Below, piece by piece: positions 11,705 through 23,302 of a stretch of DNA of 64,000 nt. Made by a program: the position numbers and the translations under genes. Source of the DNA: Trypanosoma brucei (taxonomy: Eukaryota); assembly GCA_000002445.1 (NCBI GenBank), contig CM000208.1, positions 416,001 to 480,000 of the forward strand, given 5' to 3'. The stretch's first letter is position 1, and each line of letters begins with the position of its first letter. Below the pieces are notes generated by a model. The model was not told where the DNA came from. It worked only from the letters and a program-made list of their open reading frames with translations, and searched no databases.

Positions 11705-14188
11705 CTAGTTGGAAGCCCCTCCAGGTCGCAAAAGTATACCTTCGTATTCCGTGAAACCGGCGTCAGCATGTGGGCGACGCCCCATGAATACCCAGTCAGG
11801 TAGTAATGCGTCATTCATGGCGGTCTTTCTTCCCTTCTGATTATGCTCTTCCTCACTTACCTCCTCATCTTCCTCTTCCCTCCCCTGGTGCTGCCGTTGC
11901 TGCTTTTGCTCCTCGCAGATCGGTTGTTCTTGTTTGTGCTGCACAAACGGTAACACATCGTTCAAATACAGACGGGCCTGAGCCACGACATCGGCGTGTT
12001 GACTCCTCTTCAATAGCAGCTGTTGCGACCAGTCATTGGTGGTGTAACGGTTGTGAAGCATCCGTTCTACACGCATTTCGCTCGCTCCGCTGAGAAACCC
12101 AACCGACTCTTGCCGCCTCTCCTTCACTTCATCATTTTTCTCATCATCACCTTCGGCACCGCGACCCGCATCCCCTTTTGTGCGGCCATCGAATCCCCCC
12201 AGAACGCGGCCTGCCATTCGGCCCTTTACAATGCATTCCAGTAAAACTTGACTACGTGTGGTGTGATTAACAATCGCATGTCCCAAGTCACGCGAGGCGC
12301 GCAGTAACAACACTACCGTCTCCACATCCTCTGCCCTCAAATGAGCCCCCACCCTTCTCGACAAGGTAATTATTTGCATTGCAACGTCTGTCAAAGAGGT
12401 CGTGGCCACGCCGTAAAATAGCTGTTGCGCTGCTGATGGCTCCGCTGAGTGGCGGAGCGCACATGCCACCGATGAAAAGAGCCGTCGCAGGGCCCGCTGC
12501 CCAAAAAGACGCAACGCCCGACGCATGTGCCCTGGGTTCCATGGAACGGCAAATGCGGGAACGCCATCCGCAATCTGCTTCATTTTACCGCGATGCTCTC
12601 CGACATTCCACCCCACACCAAGAAGAAATAACAGTCCCTGCACAGCGTTGTGCCACTGTTTGGCTAAACGTGTGTGAACAAACGGTGCCGTCTCAATTGC
12701 AAACACTGTTACAAGCACCGTCTTTACCTCCCGCACCCCATCCCCCATGCGAGATAAGGGGGTTGCCAAAGCGTAATGCAAGTAAAGGGGCAGCCACGAC
12801 CCAGTTACACGTTCCTTGTTAAGCAGAGAAAGTTCCTGGTGATATTCCACCTCAGCAGCCTCACCGTCGTCGCCGTCCACACCGCTCCCTACAACCGTGC
12901 GCAGGGCAGGCACATCGGAGCGAAACGGCTCGGGAAGCGGAAGCCATGTCGCCCCGCGTAGCACATCGGTCGTGTAAGGCCCACTTGCCAGCGAAACCTC
13001 AGCGAATTCCATTCGCCTCCACCACTGCTCCGTCTCCACAACCTCAGAAGTCGAAGAATCCTCAGCGGTATCCTGCCATTGTGACACAACAATGTGTGTC
13101 TCCTTCTCAGAATCGTACATAGTTGCAAGTGGAGTGCGCCGGGCCGTCAGGTGGATTAGGTCAAAGGAAGTCATTGTGAAAGACCCTTCGGAGGGCGAGT
13201 CCTGTGGAACCAGGCACGTAAACTGCAACACGTATAACGAACTCTCCTTAAGGCGAAGTGTCACCACCAGCATATACGATCCAGCAAACTCAACCCGCTC
13301 CGCAATTGTGTCTTTGGGAAAAGTGATGTGCTGTAACTTCCGCGACGCACAAGGGGCCATCAGATCTAACACATAACACTTTGAGCCATTGTCGTTCAAC
13401 ACAGCTGCGTAAGTCCGGTCCTTTGTCTTCGTTTCAGCACCGCCTTTCCCGCAACAGTTGCGAGAAACCACTAGCGCAGGTGTGGTGTGCGTGCCGCGGG
13501 TACGCCGAATCATGACGCTCAATGAGGCAACCTGCTCGCACGTCGTCTCCATTGTTTCCATGCGGGACACGGTAGCCCGTACCAAGCGGCCGCTGCCTGT
13601 AAGCACAAGTAGTGATGTGGCTGAAAGTGCTTGAATGCTGCGAATACCTTCGGCAGTAAAACCTGTGTCCACCACACGGGCTTCAGATATGAATGACCGC
13701 CACCTGACATTGCTTAGGTTCTCAGAGGATGGGATACTAAACCTTGTGGCAATACACAACTCTGCCCGGGTTTCACTCTCGTCCTTGCATTCGACGAGGA
13801 AGGCAACAATATTAGCACTTAGACAGCACACGTCAAGCACGCGCGCCGCGGGGTCGGCGGAACTAGCACGCGCCACCCACTGCAGTGCCCACGTGTCGCA
13901 TCGGAATACGGCGACGTGGAAGAATAGCTCTGTTGATGCTTGTCCTTTTGTACGATTGAAAGCCACGGCTACGTGCTCACCCGCCAACTTTCGTTTCTTT
14001 GACCGACCCATTCCAGCGTCTTGCGCACCCCCCGACGCAAAGGCACTCCATGAAGTTGCCCACGCAGCAGAGGCCTCAGGAGCGGCTTCACTTACCAGCC
14101 GTATCCTTCCCGACGGCCTTCTTCCGTGTAGATCCATGAACAAATCATGGTAAGCGACCCGCTTGCTCGCCGATAAACTGAGTGCCAT
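11705..14188 (-). CDS. hypothetical protein (827 aa from first ATG; ORF opens at 14194 with TTG)
   Basis: Single long ORF on the polycistron strand. No motif I can name; acidic/Gln-rich C-terminal tail. The length makes a chance ORF implausible. Confidence 0.7.
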   Translation of the reverse strand: MALSLSASKRVAYHDLFMDLHGRRPSGRIRLVSEAAPEASAAWATSWSAFASGGAQDAGMGRSKKRKLAGEHVAVAFNRTKGQASTELFFHVAVFRCDTWALQWVARASSADPAARVLDVCCLSANIVAFLVECKDESETRAELCIATRFSIPSSENLSNVRWRSFISEARVVDTGFTAEGIRSIQALSATSLLVLTGSGRLVRATVSRMETMETTCEQVASLSVMIRRTRGTHTTPALVVSRNCCGKGGAETKTKDRTYAAVLNDNGSKCYVLDLMAPCASRKLQHITFPKDTIAERVEFAGSYMLVVTLRLKESSLYVLQFTCLVPQDSPSEGSFTMTSFDLIHLTARRTPLATMYDSEKETHIVVSQWQDTAEDSSTSEVVETEQWWRRMEFAEVSLASGPYTTDVLRGATWLPLPEPFRSDVPALRTVVGSGVDGDDGEAAEVEYHQELSLLNKERVTGSWLPLYLHYALATPLSRMGDGVREVKTVLVTVFAIETAPFVHTRLAKQWHNAVQGLLFLLGVGWNVGEHRGKMKQIADGVPAFAVPWNPGHMRRALRLFGQRALRRLFSSVACALRHSAEPSAAQQLFYGVATTSLTDVAMQIITLSRRVGAHLRAEDVETVVLLLRASRDLGHAIVNHTTRSQVLLECIVKGRMAGRVLGGFDGRTKGDAGRGAEGDDEKNDEVKERRQESVGFLSGASEMRVERMLHNRYTTNDWSQQLLLKRSQHADVVAQARLYLNDVLPFVQHKQEQPICEEQKQQRQHQGREEEDEEVSEEEHNQKGRKTAMNDALLPDWVFMGRRPHADAGFTEYEGILLRPGGASN

Positions 14189-15709
14189 TAACAAACAAAC
14201 CTACAAGTCAATCCAGTAATCACGTGTCACCTTTTCTCACTGTTTCCTCTTACCCTTTCCCCGTACGTAGCGACTTTTTCCGTGCGCAGCCTCTCTTATC
14301 TGCCAACGCGTGGTTCTCCACTCCTTCCCCCTTCCCTTTTTTTTACTTTATTTCCAGCCTTCTATATCGTTGTGGTAGCGAGGCGCAGCTGCCCTCCTTC
14401 GGCCACACACAAGCAAAGACCAGCTGGGATTGAGACGATGGGCCCGGACGGCCACCACCTACACTAACTTTTGTGAGAAGGGGAAGTCACGGCAGGAGAC
14501 AAGGCGGGCAGAGTGGAGTAAGAATTATGTAAGGAGACGAAAAAGAAGGGGGAGAAACAAGTGATGGTCAAGCAATACAGACAGCAAAAGAGAATGCATG
14601 ATTACCTGCTCCAAAGGATCTCACTACAGATGGAACGGCCTGCAGAAAGTATTTGTCAGTCGTTTCGCTCTTTCGTCACTGGCTTCTTCAGCGCACAGAA
14701 GAAGTTTTAAGTCATCGCAATAAAACGATCATGCGGATGTGGCTCAAACTGCCGTTCCTCGCACCCCGTATTTCCCCCCCCCCCCATACACACACACACG
14801 GGACCACGAATCGGATTCCCACAAGTACGAATCTACGTGCAAAAAGGGGTGGGAGAAACAAGACAAAACAATAAGTCAAAACAAGAAGAGTAGAGGTCGA
14901 GAGTGCCCAACTGTAAAGATATTACACACCGAGATGGCGTATGCGTGTGCGCGAGTGCAGCTGGTTCACATCGTGTTCCTTTCCAGCCCTTCAAGTGATT
15001 ACTTCCTTTTCCCCTCCCTTGCTTCCACTTCACACGAACAGTTTCCCTTCACCCTCTGCTGCACCTCCATCCTCATTAGGCTAAGGTGCAGGTGAGCGAG
15101 TGGCAGCATGCCCACATTCGTCGCCCCCTCTTCTGCTTCGCTTGTGTAGGGAAAGAAATATACGAAGGTCAGCCGTTCGTGCATCTGTTTGAACACCGTA
15201 AACGCGCTGCCTTCACTCCCTTCCCATATTCGACCTGGTGCCGGCGCCGTTTAGAGTACTCGCATCACCGTCACTACCTTTGTTATGACTCTTGGCTTCA
15301 CCGTTGCTCCTCACGTTCTCTAGCTTGGCCTGCTGCTGTACCCACACGGCTGAAAGAGATATAAATAATAATAATAATAATGAATGTTTCAGCTGATATC
15401 CAGCATTTACATGTTTCGCACGCCGAACGCTACACTTATAAACGGCCGCGTTTCCTTGTTCACTGACGTTAATTCGCTTCCTCCTACACTGTCAACAACC
15501 ATATGTGCCCTTTTTTTTAAAATTTTTCGTTTAACGCTACGGTGACAACAGATCTCTCCTATTAATCCACTTTTTTGTTAACTTTCGTGCTCCTAACTTT
15601 GCCTACCACCTATAACTCCGCGTACCGGAATATCCCTAATGCCCCGTGCCCAAACATGCGGAAAGAGGCAGGTGCTAGCCGGCACGCGCAGCGCTAAGGA
15701 GGAACGTCT

Positions 15710-16066
15710 CTACGAGAAGAGCATCAGAAACGCAAGCATGAGGGCGAATAGGCCGATAGCTTCCGTAAGCGCGAATCCAAGAATGGCATAGTTGAAAAGC
15801 ATCTTCGTTAAGTTGGGCTGCCGAGCACATGCCACCAACAGGTTACCAAAGATGGTTCCAATACCCAAACCGACTCCGGCAAGGGCAATGGCTGCCAGGC
15901 CTGTACCAACGTAATGTAATCCCTGCACAGAGATGGCCACGGTGGACGCCTCACGGATGGTAATGGCGCTGCACATAGGGTTGAGAGCCTTCGTCGAGGC
16001 CACCAGTGGTGTCGCGAAGGGTGTCGCACGACGAATCGAAGACTGGAGAGCGAGACGGCGCATCAT
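15710..16066 (-). CDS. mitochondrial F1Fo ATP synthase subunit c (proteolipid, subunit 9) precursor
   Basis: The C-terminal 76 aa '[63 protein letters not shown]' is a canonical c-subunit hairpin (GxGxGxG helix 1, conserved acidic residue in helix 2). It is preceded by a basic, Ser/Thr-rich presequence. The track ORF starts at 16153 with TTG; the first ATG is at 16066. Confidence 0.85.
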   Translation of the reverse strand: MMRRLALQSSIRRATPFATPLVASTKALNPMCSAITIREASTVAISVQGLHYVGTGLAAIALAGVGLGIGTIFGNLLVACARQPNLTKMLFNYAILGFALTEAIGLFALMLAFLMLFS

Positions 16067-16437
16067 CTTCTTGTTCGTACCGTTGAAAAAAAAACTTTTG
16101 GTTACCTTACAAATGCTATCTTTAGGTCGTGTGTGCCCCTTAAAAATAAACAAACCTTATATTAACAGAAAATACGGAGAGCTAATCTTTCTAAAATGCA
16201 ACAACGTGTAGGTAGACTCAGACCCTCGAGAAAATGGTAAGCGGGGCACACAAAAACAAAAGAAAGAATATAAGGGCGCCGAAAAATAGGGGCGAACGGC
16301 AGGTTGAATGGGCAGCCGACCATACTAGCACTCACTGATGACAGAGGAAGAGCAACAAGCGATACACTGCCCAAACTCCATACAAAATAAAAGGAGAAGG
16401 AAGTCACATGCTACAGGGCTCTCGCAACACCTCCAAC

Positions 16438-16782
16438 CTAACTCCCGGAAGATTCTCTATCGCTCACACCAGTGGACCCGCGGAACCCCTTCCGCAGCAC
16501 CTCTGCCGTCCACACAGTCTCAACACTCACATCGTGACCGAGAATATAACGTGTGTCGATATAAGACTTCCCAATGCCGAAACCGCACCCGAATGCTGTA
16601 GCCGCAACTCGGACCGGCACCGATCGAAAAACAACGAGGGAGAGAGCTGCACCAGTGAGGAAGCCAAGGCTCCCCTTCTTCAGTGTGTTGTCAACCACAT
16701 ATCGCCACTTTTCCGCCTCAGTGAGGGTGTCACGATCCAACAGCACCTTTTGGCTTGCCAGCGTAGAGACGGGCGCTGTCAT
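16438..16782 (-). CDS. small mitochondrial inner-membrane protein, Mic10-like (MICOS subunit Mic10 family)
   Basis: 114 aa with ATG start. 'EKWRYVVDNTLKKGSLGFLTGAALSLVVFRSVPVRVAATAFGCGFGIGKSYIDTRY' aligns with yeast Mic10 '[55 protein letters not shown]' (yeast sequence from memory). It has two predicted TM helices and a glycine-zipper GxGxG in helix 2. Confidence 0.5.
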   Translation of the reverse strand: MTAPVSTLASQKVLLDRDTLTEAEKWRYVVDNTLKKGSLGFLTGAALSLVVFRSVPVRVAATAFGCGFGIGKSYIDTRYILGHDVSVETVWTAEVLRKGFRGSTGVSDRESSGS

Positions 16783-17905
16783 GAAGGAATGTTGAGGCGC
16801 CGTCGGCTAGAGCTAGTAACGTCAAAAATAACAGAGTAATTGCTTCCTATGTACGCGACCTTGTCCTACAACACACAATGAGTTTTTGATACTAATGGAT
16901 TAGGATGTAATCCTAAATACAGCCAATGTTTATTACTACTATGTGGCCCACTGAGACGCCCACGCCGTGGCACAAAACGAAGAATGCAAAAGAAGCCGAG
17001 GCGTTAGACCGTGAAAGATTTCACGAATCAAGTACAACGCGAAAAAGAGATTACACGTTTAGGACAAACCTTTCGTAAATAACAATTATCGTAGTAGCGA
17101 TAATGCCGGTCGACCCGGCATTCCGTACCCTATTCATTGAAGGCGCTGCAGCTCTCGTCAAGTTTTTAACCAAACGGAGTTTCCAGCGCGCGAATAAACC
17201 AGCGGTAAGTATCAGCTCATACGGATCAGCAGTTAAAAATGAATTGGGGGCGGAGCGTCCGGCGAATGCATCAAAGGAGCTGTAAGTTGCCGAGGGTTCA
17301 CACTACAAAACTGGGCAGTCGCACAACACCCCAGCACACCAAAAAATAAAAAAGAGGCAGCTTGAATGATAGCACTGAATAAGAGAGCACATCAGTTCCC
17401 CAGCGCGGGAAGCATCGACTGCATAGCGCTGTTTAGGCTGACCCTTCCACCGCTGGCGTTCGGGACGCAACGCATACGTATACCCACACATCAACATCAA
17501 GAAAAATATGGAGAAAAGTTGGCTAGACCATCTTGCTGAGATCTGCAGACTATTCGCTTCGCCTTCGTACCTATGTTGTGTAGCAAAACGGTAACGGTAA
17601 CAAAACAGTTAGGTGGGAAAAAAACGATTGCATGTGTGGTGCTTTATGTTAGCAGGAAGACACATCAACAAAGTTACATTTCACGGAAGACGACGGCGCA
17701 CCAACGTCCGCCACCTCTATCAGCGTAGAGTTATAAAAATGACAAACCTTCCTCATGCCTGAGAGAAGTATAAAGAAAGAAATAGCACATACAGGGCCAC
17801 ATGCACAGAGGGGGGCATGCGCGAAAAGGAAAAGTGCACCAGTCACGATAGAAGTTCGACGGACAGCAACATCCCTCATGAAGGTGGCGAGTAGATATTC
17901 CGTCA

Positions 17906-18235
17906 CTACTTCTTCTTCGTCTGCTGGCGGAGGGCCTCCTCCACCTTAGCACGTCTTTTCTTTGCCGCCTTAATACTACCGAGGCGCTTCTTGCAAAACT
18001 TCAGTGCACGCTTGTCCTTTCCCACACGGAGAAGCTCCTGAACCCGCCTCTCCATGGGCGAGAAGCCAACGAGATCACTGATAATAGCTTTCACGGCGCG
18101 TAGCTTCTTGTGAGGGAGCGCGTAACGGTCGTTTGATGACGGGCGGCGGGCGCGACGGGTTGTTTTGTGGCCCTTGTTGAAGCCAGCAATGATGCCGGTG
18201 CGGGGTGCGGGGGCCTCCTTCTTCGTGGCAGCCAT
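17906..18235 (-). CDS. RPL36: 60S ribosomal protein L36 (eL36)
   Basis: 109 aa, very basic, with ATG start. 'GIIAGFNKGHKTT...RRPSSNDRYALPHKKLRAVKAIISDLVGFSPMERRVQELLRVGKDKRALKFCKKRLGSIKAAKKRRAKVEEAL' matches the eL36 family pattern. Confidence 0.9.
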   Translation of the reverse strand: MAATKKEAPAPRTGIIAGFNKGHKTTRRARRPSSNDRYALPHKKLRAVKAIISDLVGFSPMERRVQELLRVGKDKRALKFCKKRLGSIKAAKKRRAKVEEALRQQTKKK

Positions 18236-18625
18236 GTTTACCTTGCGCTAATGGAATAAAGAGGTCGAAATCACAATCGAAGGAAGCGGGTAACGCATGC
18301 AGACGTAGAAAGATACACGTAACCGCATAAGTGAAAAGGGTTGTTCCACTACTTGGAGCAAAGTATGGGGAGCACCTGCCTTCACAAACATACGCAGTGA
18401 AAGCAGACGGTGACGCCATGCAAAGACTTGTCACAGCGATAAACCAGGTAGAAGGTCAAATTAAGAAGAAATGGCATGCTTAGAATATACAAAATCCCAC
18501 CGCCGGAATGAATCATAACTAACCACCATCCGCCTCCCAAATGCAGCGAAGTGCAGTTCGATCAGTCAGCAAGAAAAACAAGAAACAAGTCGAGCCATGA
18601 ACACATTGGCCACAACCCGCCAGCA

Positions 18626-19756
18626 TTACTTCAGAACTTGCCTGACGGAGACACCGCGGGAAAACTCCTCCCGCAACTTGCTGTCAATGAACCCCGACAA
18701 AGCGCCTTCCTGCGAGCGTTCAAACACTAATGCTAACCACCGCTTTCGTGGGAAGGGGACGCATCCAAGACCTTTGACTTTGTAGTCCATCCCCATGCCC
18801 AAGTCCCACACTTTACACCCTACGGAGCGCATCACCTCCCCCACAACCGCTAGCTGAAGCGTTCCTGCACCGCTCGCGCAGTAGGCACCTGTAGCAGAGG
18901 TATAAATATCGCCAACAACGAACCCGACTTCAGCTGCAACGAGGTCACCTTCCTCAACATGATCACCATGTGCGCGGTTACACATGGCGCTGCCTCCACT
19001 GCTTTCGGTCTTGGCATCCGTCCCAACATCATGACGGTGGCGCCGAATTGCTGTAAAAACAATTTTTGTACGGTATCGCTCGCTGTTCACGAACATATGC
19101 ACAAGACACACGCGAAGGCCATGACAGAGCCAGTTCTCTCCGTGCTGTGCATGTATGAGAGAAAGCACAGGGGCCACATCTTCCTTCCGGTTCACGAACA
19201 CATCGTAGGAAGCTGCACGCGTACTCAAATTTCTCTCACGTGTATATTTCTTTGACACCTGCAGCCGCTTCACCATGAAGACTCCCTCATCATCATCACC
19301 TCCCGTGGGGAACCCCTTTACATGCGACTGCAGCTGCGTTAGATAGCGTTGGCAGTGTAGTTTAGGACCGTAAACAAACGAACCTCCGATATCAAAGGCC
19401 AACGGGAACACTCCTCGCTGACACGATGCGTCTATTATCTGGGGAGAAAACGTGGTTGAGAAGCCCATTTCATTTTCCCCACCACTAGCCAAAAATCGCG
19501 AAACAAAGGAGTCTATCTCGTCTGCGCTACGTAACCGCGGATACCACATCGACAGTGCCCCAGCCATGGAGGGAGACAGGCTCGACTCGACAGAAACGTC
19601 CTTCTTCTTTATAGCCTCTGAAACCTCATTGCTAACCCTTTCTGCCTCCGGCAGCACCTTTTCAGATTTTACTCTGTAATGTTGTGTTGTATGCCGCATT
19701 AAACTGGTGGCTTCATCCCAAGAAAACCAGAACAAAAGAGAAGTGGATTGGTACAT
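18626..19756 (-). CDS. leucyl/phenylalanyl-tRNA--protein transferase (Aat / L/F-transferase) family homolog
   Basis: Blocks matching E. coli Aat as recalled: 'CQRGVFPLAFDIGGSFVYGPKLHCQRYL' vs '[26 protein letters not shown]'; 'GDLVAAEVGFVVGDIYTSATGAY' vs '[23 protein letters not shown]'; 'LGCVPFPRKRWLALV' vs 'LGACEIPRRDYLNYL'. It also carries an extra N-terminal ~100 aa. The track ORF starts with TTG at 19792; first ATG at 19756. Confidence 0.6.
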   Translation of the reverse strand: MYQSTSLLFWFSWDEATSLMRHTTQHYRVKSEKVLPEAERVSNEVSEAIKKKDVSVESSLSPSMAGALSMWYPRLRSADEIDSFVSRFLASGGENEMGFSTTFSPQIIDASCQRGVFPLAFDIGGSFVYGPKLHCQRYLTQLQSHVKGFPTGGDDDEGVFMVKRLQVSKKYTRERNLSTRAASYDVFVNRKEDVAPVLSLIHAQHGENWLCHGLRVCLVHMFVNSERYRTKIVFTAIRRHRHDVGTDAKTESSGGSAMCNRAHGDHVEEGDLVAAEVGFVVGDIYTSATGAYCASGAGTLQLAVVGEVMRSVGCKVWDLGMGMDYKVKGLGCVPFPRKRWLALVFERSQEGALSGFIDSKLREEFSRGVSVRQVLK

Positions 19757-20700
19757 CCATCTGCACGCACAACTATTTGTACTAATGAGCAAGTGATTGA
19801 GTCAGTGAGTACCACAAAAATAAGTAAAACTCTCTTCAGTAAAATTCTTCGGAGGAAAAAGAAAGACCGTTCATAGCAATATTGCAGCGGACAGGCCGGG
19901 GGAAGTAAACAGCGAAAGGGAAGGCTATAAGTGGTCTTTAGTTTTTAAAACGGTCACTCTTTACACAAGTACCACGGACTCCAAAGTACTCTTCCAACGC
20001 CCAAAGGCGACAGACACCAATAGCGTAATAAGTCCTGCTTCCTAACACTGACTGCAGGAAGGGCATGCAGCATTTTCCGTAAGCCGTGCAACTGTGCCGG
20101 CCCTACAACCACTCCCAATGCCACAGTACCTACCACCACTTGGTATCAGCAGCATTCTGCGTCACGTCCAGGAGCCGGGGAATTTAGAGAGGAAAATGTA
20201 GTGAACTCACTCAAAATTCACCCCCCCCCTGATAACGCTAATTAAACAAAGAAAATAACGACGTCGCACCCCACGCACTTGTCGTGCATCTCCATAGGAT
20301 GCGAATGAAGTGCCGATACCAGAACCAGCACAAGAGCAGCCAATGAGAATGGGGTATCCCTTTATTTACCCTTCGTTCGGCTTTGGAGTGAGTATCGACC
20401 TACCAGTACCTTCCAGTGGTGTGACCGCTGTCAACACCGACAAAAATACCTACCTCAGACGCACACAAGTGTGCAACGGTAGATATGGGCGCACAACATG
20501 CGAGTTACAGCGACCAAGTAAGATAAAGTAATAATCACTTGGGTTCAGACCAAACGGGACTCGGAGTATACAGTTCGTAGACCCGATATAGTTCCATACC
20601 ACTTTCCACAAACCTCCACCATTCCTCACACCGCTTCCCATCGACCCAGAACCACACACACGCGCACCCGTGCAAGAAAAGAGGGGAGTGGTGGGGTCCA

Positions 20701-21144
20701 TTAGTGAACACCAAGTCCCCACTGAAAGCTGAGGTCACGAAATACCACTCTCCCATCCCTCACCACTAATGACTCTCGCACCCGCCGCTGGGAAAATTTT
20801 GTAAACCAGCTTCCAACCAAAGGGATCGCTGCCATACCACCTGACGTAAAATGTGCAAAACCTTGACGCTCGAAGGTATTCGGCGTGATGACAGTTACTT
20901 GAGTTGACCAGGATAGGCGAAGAGCCGAATGCTCTTTCCTCATCACAGCGAGTGCGGCAACTTGTCCTCTTACGACACCCCAGAAATTGGCATAGTGCAC
21001 CTCAGGCCCCATGAGGCTACCTAACTCCTCCGATTCCCCGTCGTCCTCGGCGGCACAAAACAGTTTCGCGGTGGCCAGGTTCGTCGCGAGCTCCCCATTA
21101 GGGTCATCTACGAGAAGCCTCAGTTTACGGAGACTATATGACAT
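20701..21144 (-). CDS. hypothetical protein (147 aa from first ATG)
   Basis: ORF on the polycistron strand between convincing genes. No recognisable domain. Start trimmed from GTG (21162) to ATG (21144). Confidence 0.4.
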   Translation of the reverse strand: MSYSLRKLRLLVDDPNGELATNLATAKLFCAAEDDGESEELGSLMGPEVHYANFWGVVRGQVAALAVMRKEHSALRLSWSTQVTVITPNTFERQGFAHFTSGGMAAIPLVGSWFTKFSQRRVRESLVVRDGRVVFRDLSFQWGLGVH

Positions 21145-21476
21145 GAATCCTTCCCCTAACACACAATGGCGCCTTATTCCTCGTTAGGTTCCCTCCTATT
21201 CCGTCCCCTCCCACCTACGGTTTACTTGCAACCACAGCTAAGACGAATGAAGAACAACTCTGCTTCCACACTCCTCTCTCAAGGATAACTTATCTTTATT
21301 CACCTTATAATGAGACATAAAACGGTGTAGAAAGATCCTACTAAACAGATGAGTTCGAAGACCCCGTGAGCGGAAGGTGTATACCACAGCCGTGGAAATG
21401 TAGTCAGGTGGGAGAAGTCAACCGCCGCTCGGCCTGCGCATATTTCTCCCACAGGGTTAGTCGACCTAACCGAAGG

Positions 21477-21707
21477 TCACGCTGTCTCCGCCAACTCTGC
21501 AAGCACCTTGCGCAACAAAGCCTTCATTTCTTCCGTCGGTGGTTCGGCCACCAACGGAGGCCATTCCATCCGTCCAATCACATCAGGCGGAACGCCTCGC
21601 CCGACAGTGACGTCTTCCTCAAACACTTCACCGTCGTCATCGTAAATCACGTGTCCCGTCGGCATCCCTTTCGTTTGCTTAATCCTCTCCAATTCACGGA
21701 AACACAA
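21477..21707 (-). CDS. small hypothetical protein (76 aa), uncertain
   Basis: Short acidic ORF on the polycistron strand. No homology recognised. Could be chance. Confidence 0.2.
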   Translation of the reverse strand: MCFRELERIKQTKGMPTGHVIYDDDGEVFEEDVTVGRGVPPDVIGRMEWPPLVAEPPTEEMKALLRKVLAELAETA

Positions 21708-23302
21708 TGGTTTCTAACAACAGTCGTGACAAAAGAATCAATGGGAAAAAGGGAGGTTTGCCGTCAATGATAACAGAGGGTCGGTCAAGTCCACAAAAAA
21801 TGAATGAAGATCTGATACTGTGATCAAGGTGCACCAAGAGGCAAATAAAGAAATTGGGGTAAAGAAGAGCACACATCACTGGGCGGGAGCACCAACAGAG
21901 CCGTGTTATAAATCCCGGATATTTAAAAAAGCTATTATAGTAATACTTCGAATGGAAAAACTCCCTGAAGCCAATTATCACGTTCCCCACCCCAGGGAGA
22001 CGAAAGAAAAAGAAGCGATGGAGGGAGTGTGAGAGGGGGAACGAAGAGGGCTCACGCAGGGCACAAAGACCAGCATCAACAAGTACATATATAGGGTAGA
22101 GCTAAATGTTAGCCCCCCCCCCCAACTCTTTGGGATGCGATGCCGCCCCGCTGTGCGCGCAGTGCACGGTCACTAAAAGTATTGCCTCTCCGCCCCTCCG
22201 TCTTGCGAAAAAAAAAAAGCACACATCCATGAACACATAGATGAGTGTATACGTATATATATATATATATGTGTGTGTGTGTGAGTGCGGTGAGTCACTA
22301 CTAGACACGCGGTCTCAATAAACAATCTGCACTACCCTTACTGTATCAACAGTTTTACACCCACTGGTACCTACGCAACGGAAAAGAGGCATCGAAAATT
22401 CTTTTTAAAAAAAATATATGAGGAAAAGTGTTTGCATGAGAGGCAGTGACAATGATAAAGGGTTAAGGGATAACGCCAGGAGAAATCGCCCCTCGCAAGG
22501 GCTAGCAGCGTTCCTTTCACATCGACGCGCTTACCCACCGCTCGTTTTCACTCATAAGCGCCCACATATGTATTCTCTAGGCCCCCGAGCCGCAAATACG
22601 AAACTGCATTCAGAGGGATAATTCCTACTATTTTGTTCTCTTCCACCTCCCTCCATTTTTTTCTCCCCTTCGCCTCACCCCTTACCCATCACCGTGGACA
22701 CAGCAAAAACAATGCGACCTTTAGCAACAACCCTCTTTCTTCACTAAAGAAATGCAACTGATCTCTAAATAGCCCCTACTGTCTTCCTTTGCTTCATCTC
22801 GCAGATGGGATCGCCCTTCATCACAGTGCCCCTCCCCGATATGCACCGAGCTTACCGTATCACAGACGTCTTCACCTCAATCACTCCTCTCCTCTTCAGC
22901 GCCGCTTATACTCTATCAAACTCGCTGAAACAAAAGACATCTTTTTGATTACTCCCTCCCCCCTATCTTCAGGTTCTCTCAGTACCTACAACATACACAA
23001 ACACCGTTTCTCCTTTCCCGATGGCGGCTCCAGCCAACCGTGTGTAACGTTTGCAACAACCACGCGTTTAATACGAGTTTCACACCCCGCAAGAAGGCCA
23101 GCACTATTCCCAGGTCAAGCCATTGCTAAGATGAATTGACAAGCTGTCCAAACAAATGACTAGAAGACCTGATACGTCAATTATTCCACCACGTCGGAGA
23201 TACCATGCGCAGCACCAGAGTACAGGAGTAGATGTTCACAGATGACGGGCACCGAGCCCTTTGTGGTTCGCCCACGCCCAACCGTGTGATGCAGCTCCAC
23301 AA

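Noticed and set aside
17649-17952. Two overlapping minus-strand ORFs (85 and 73 aa) just downstream of RPL36
   Set aside because: Overlap each other in different frames. Cys/His-rich nonsense. Lie in the probable 3'UTR of RPL36.
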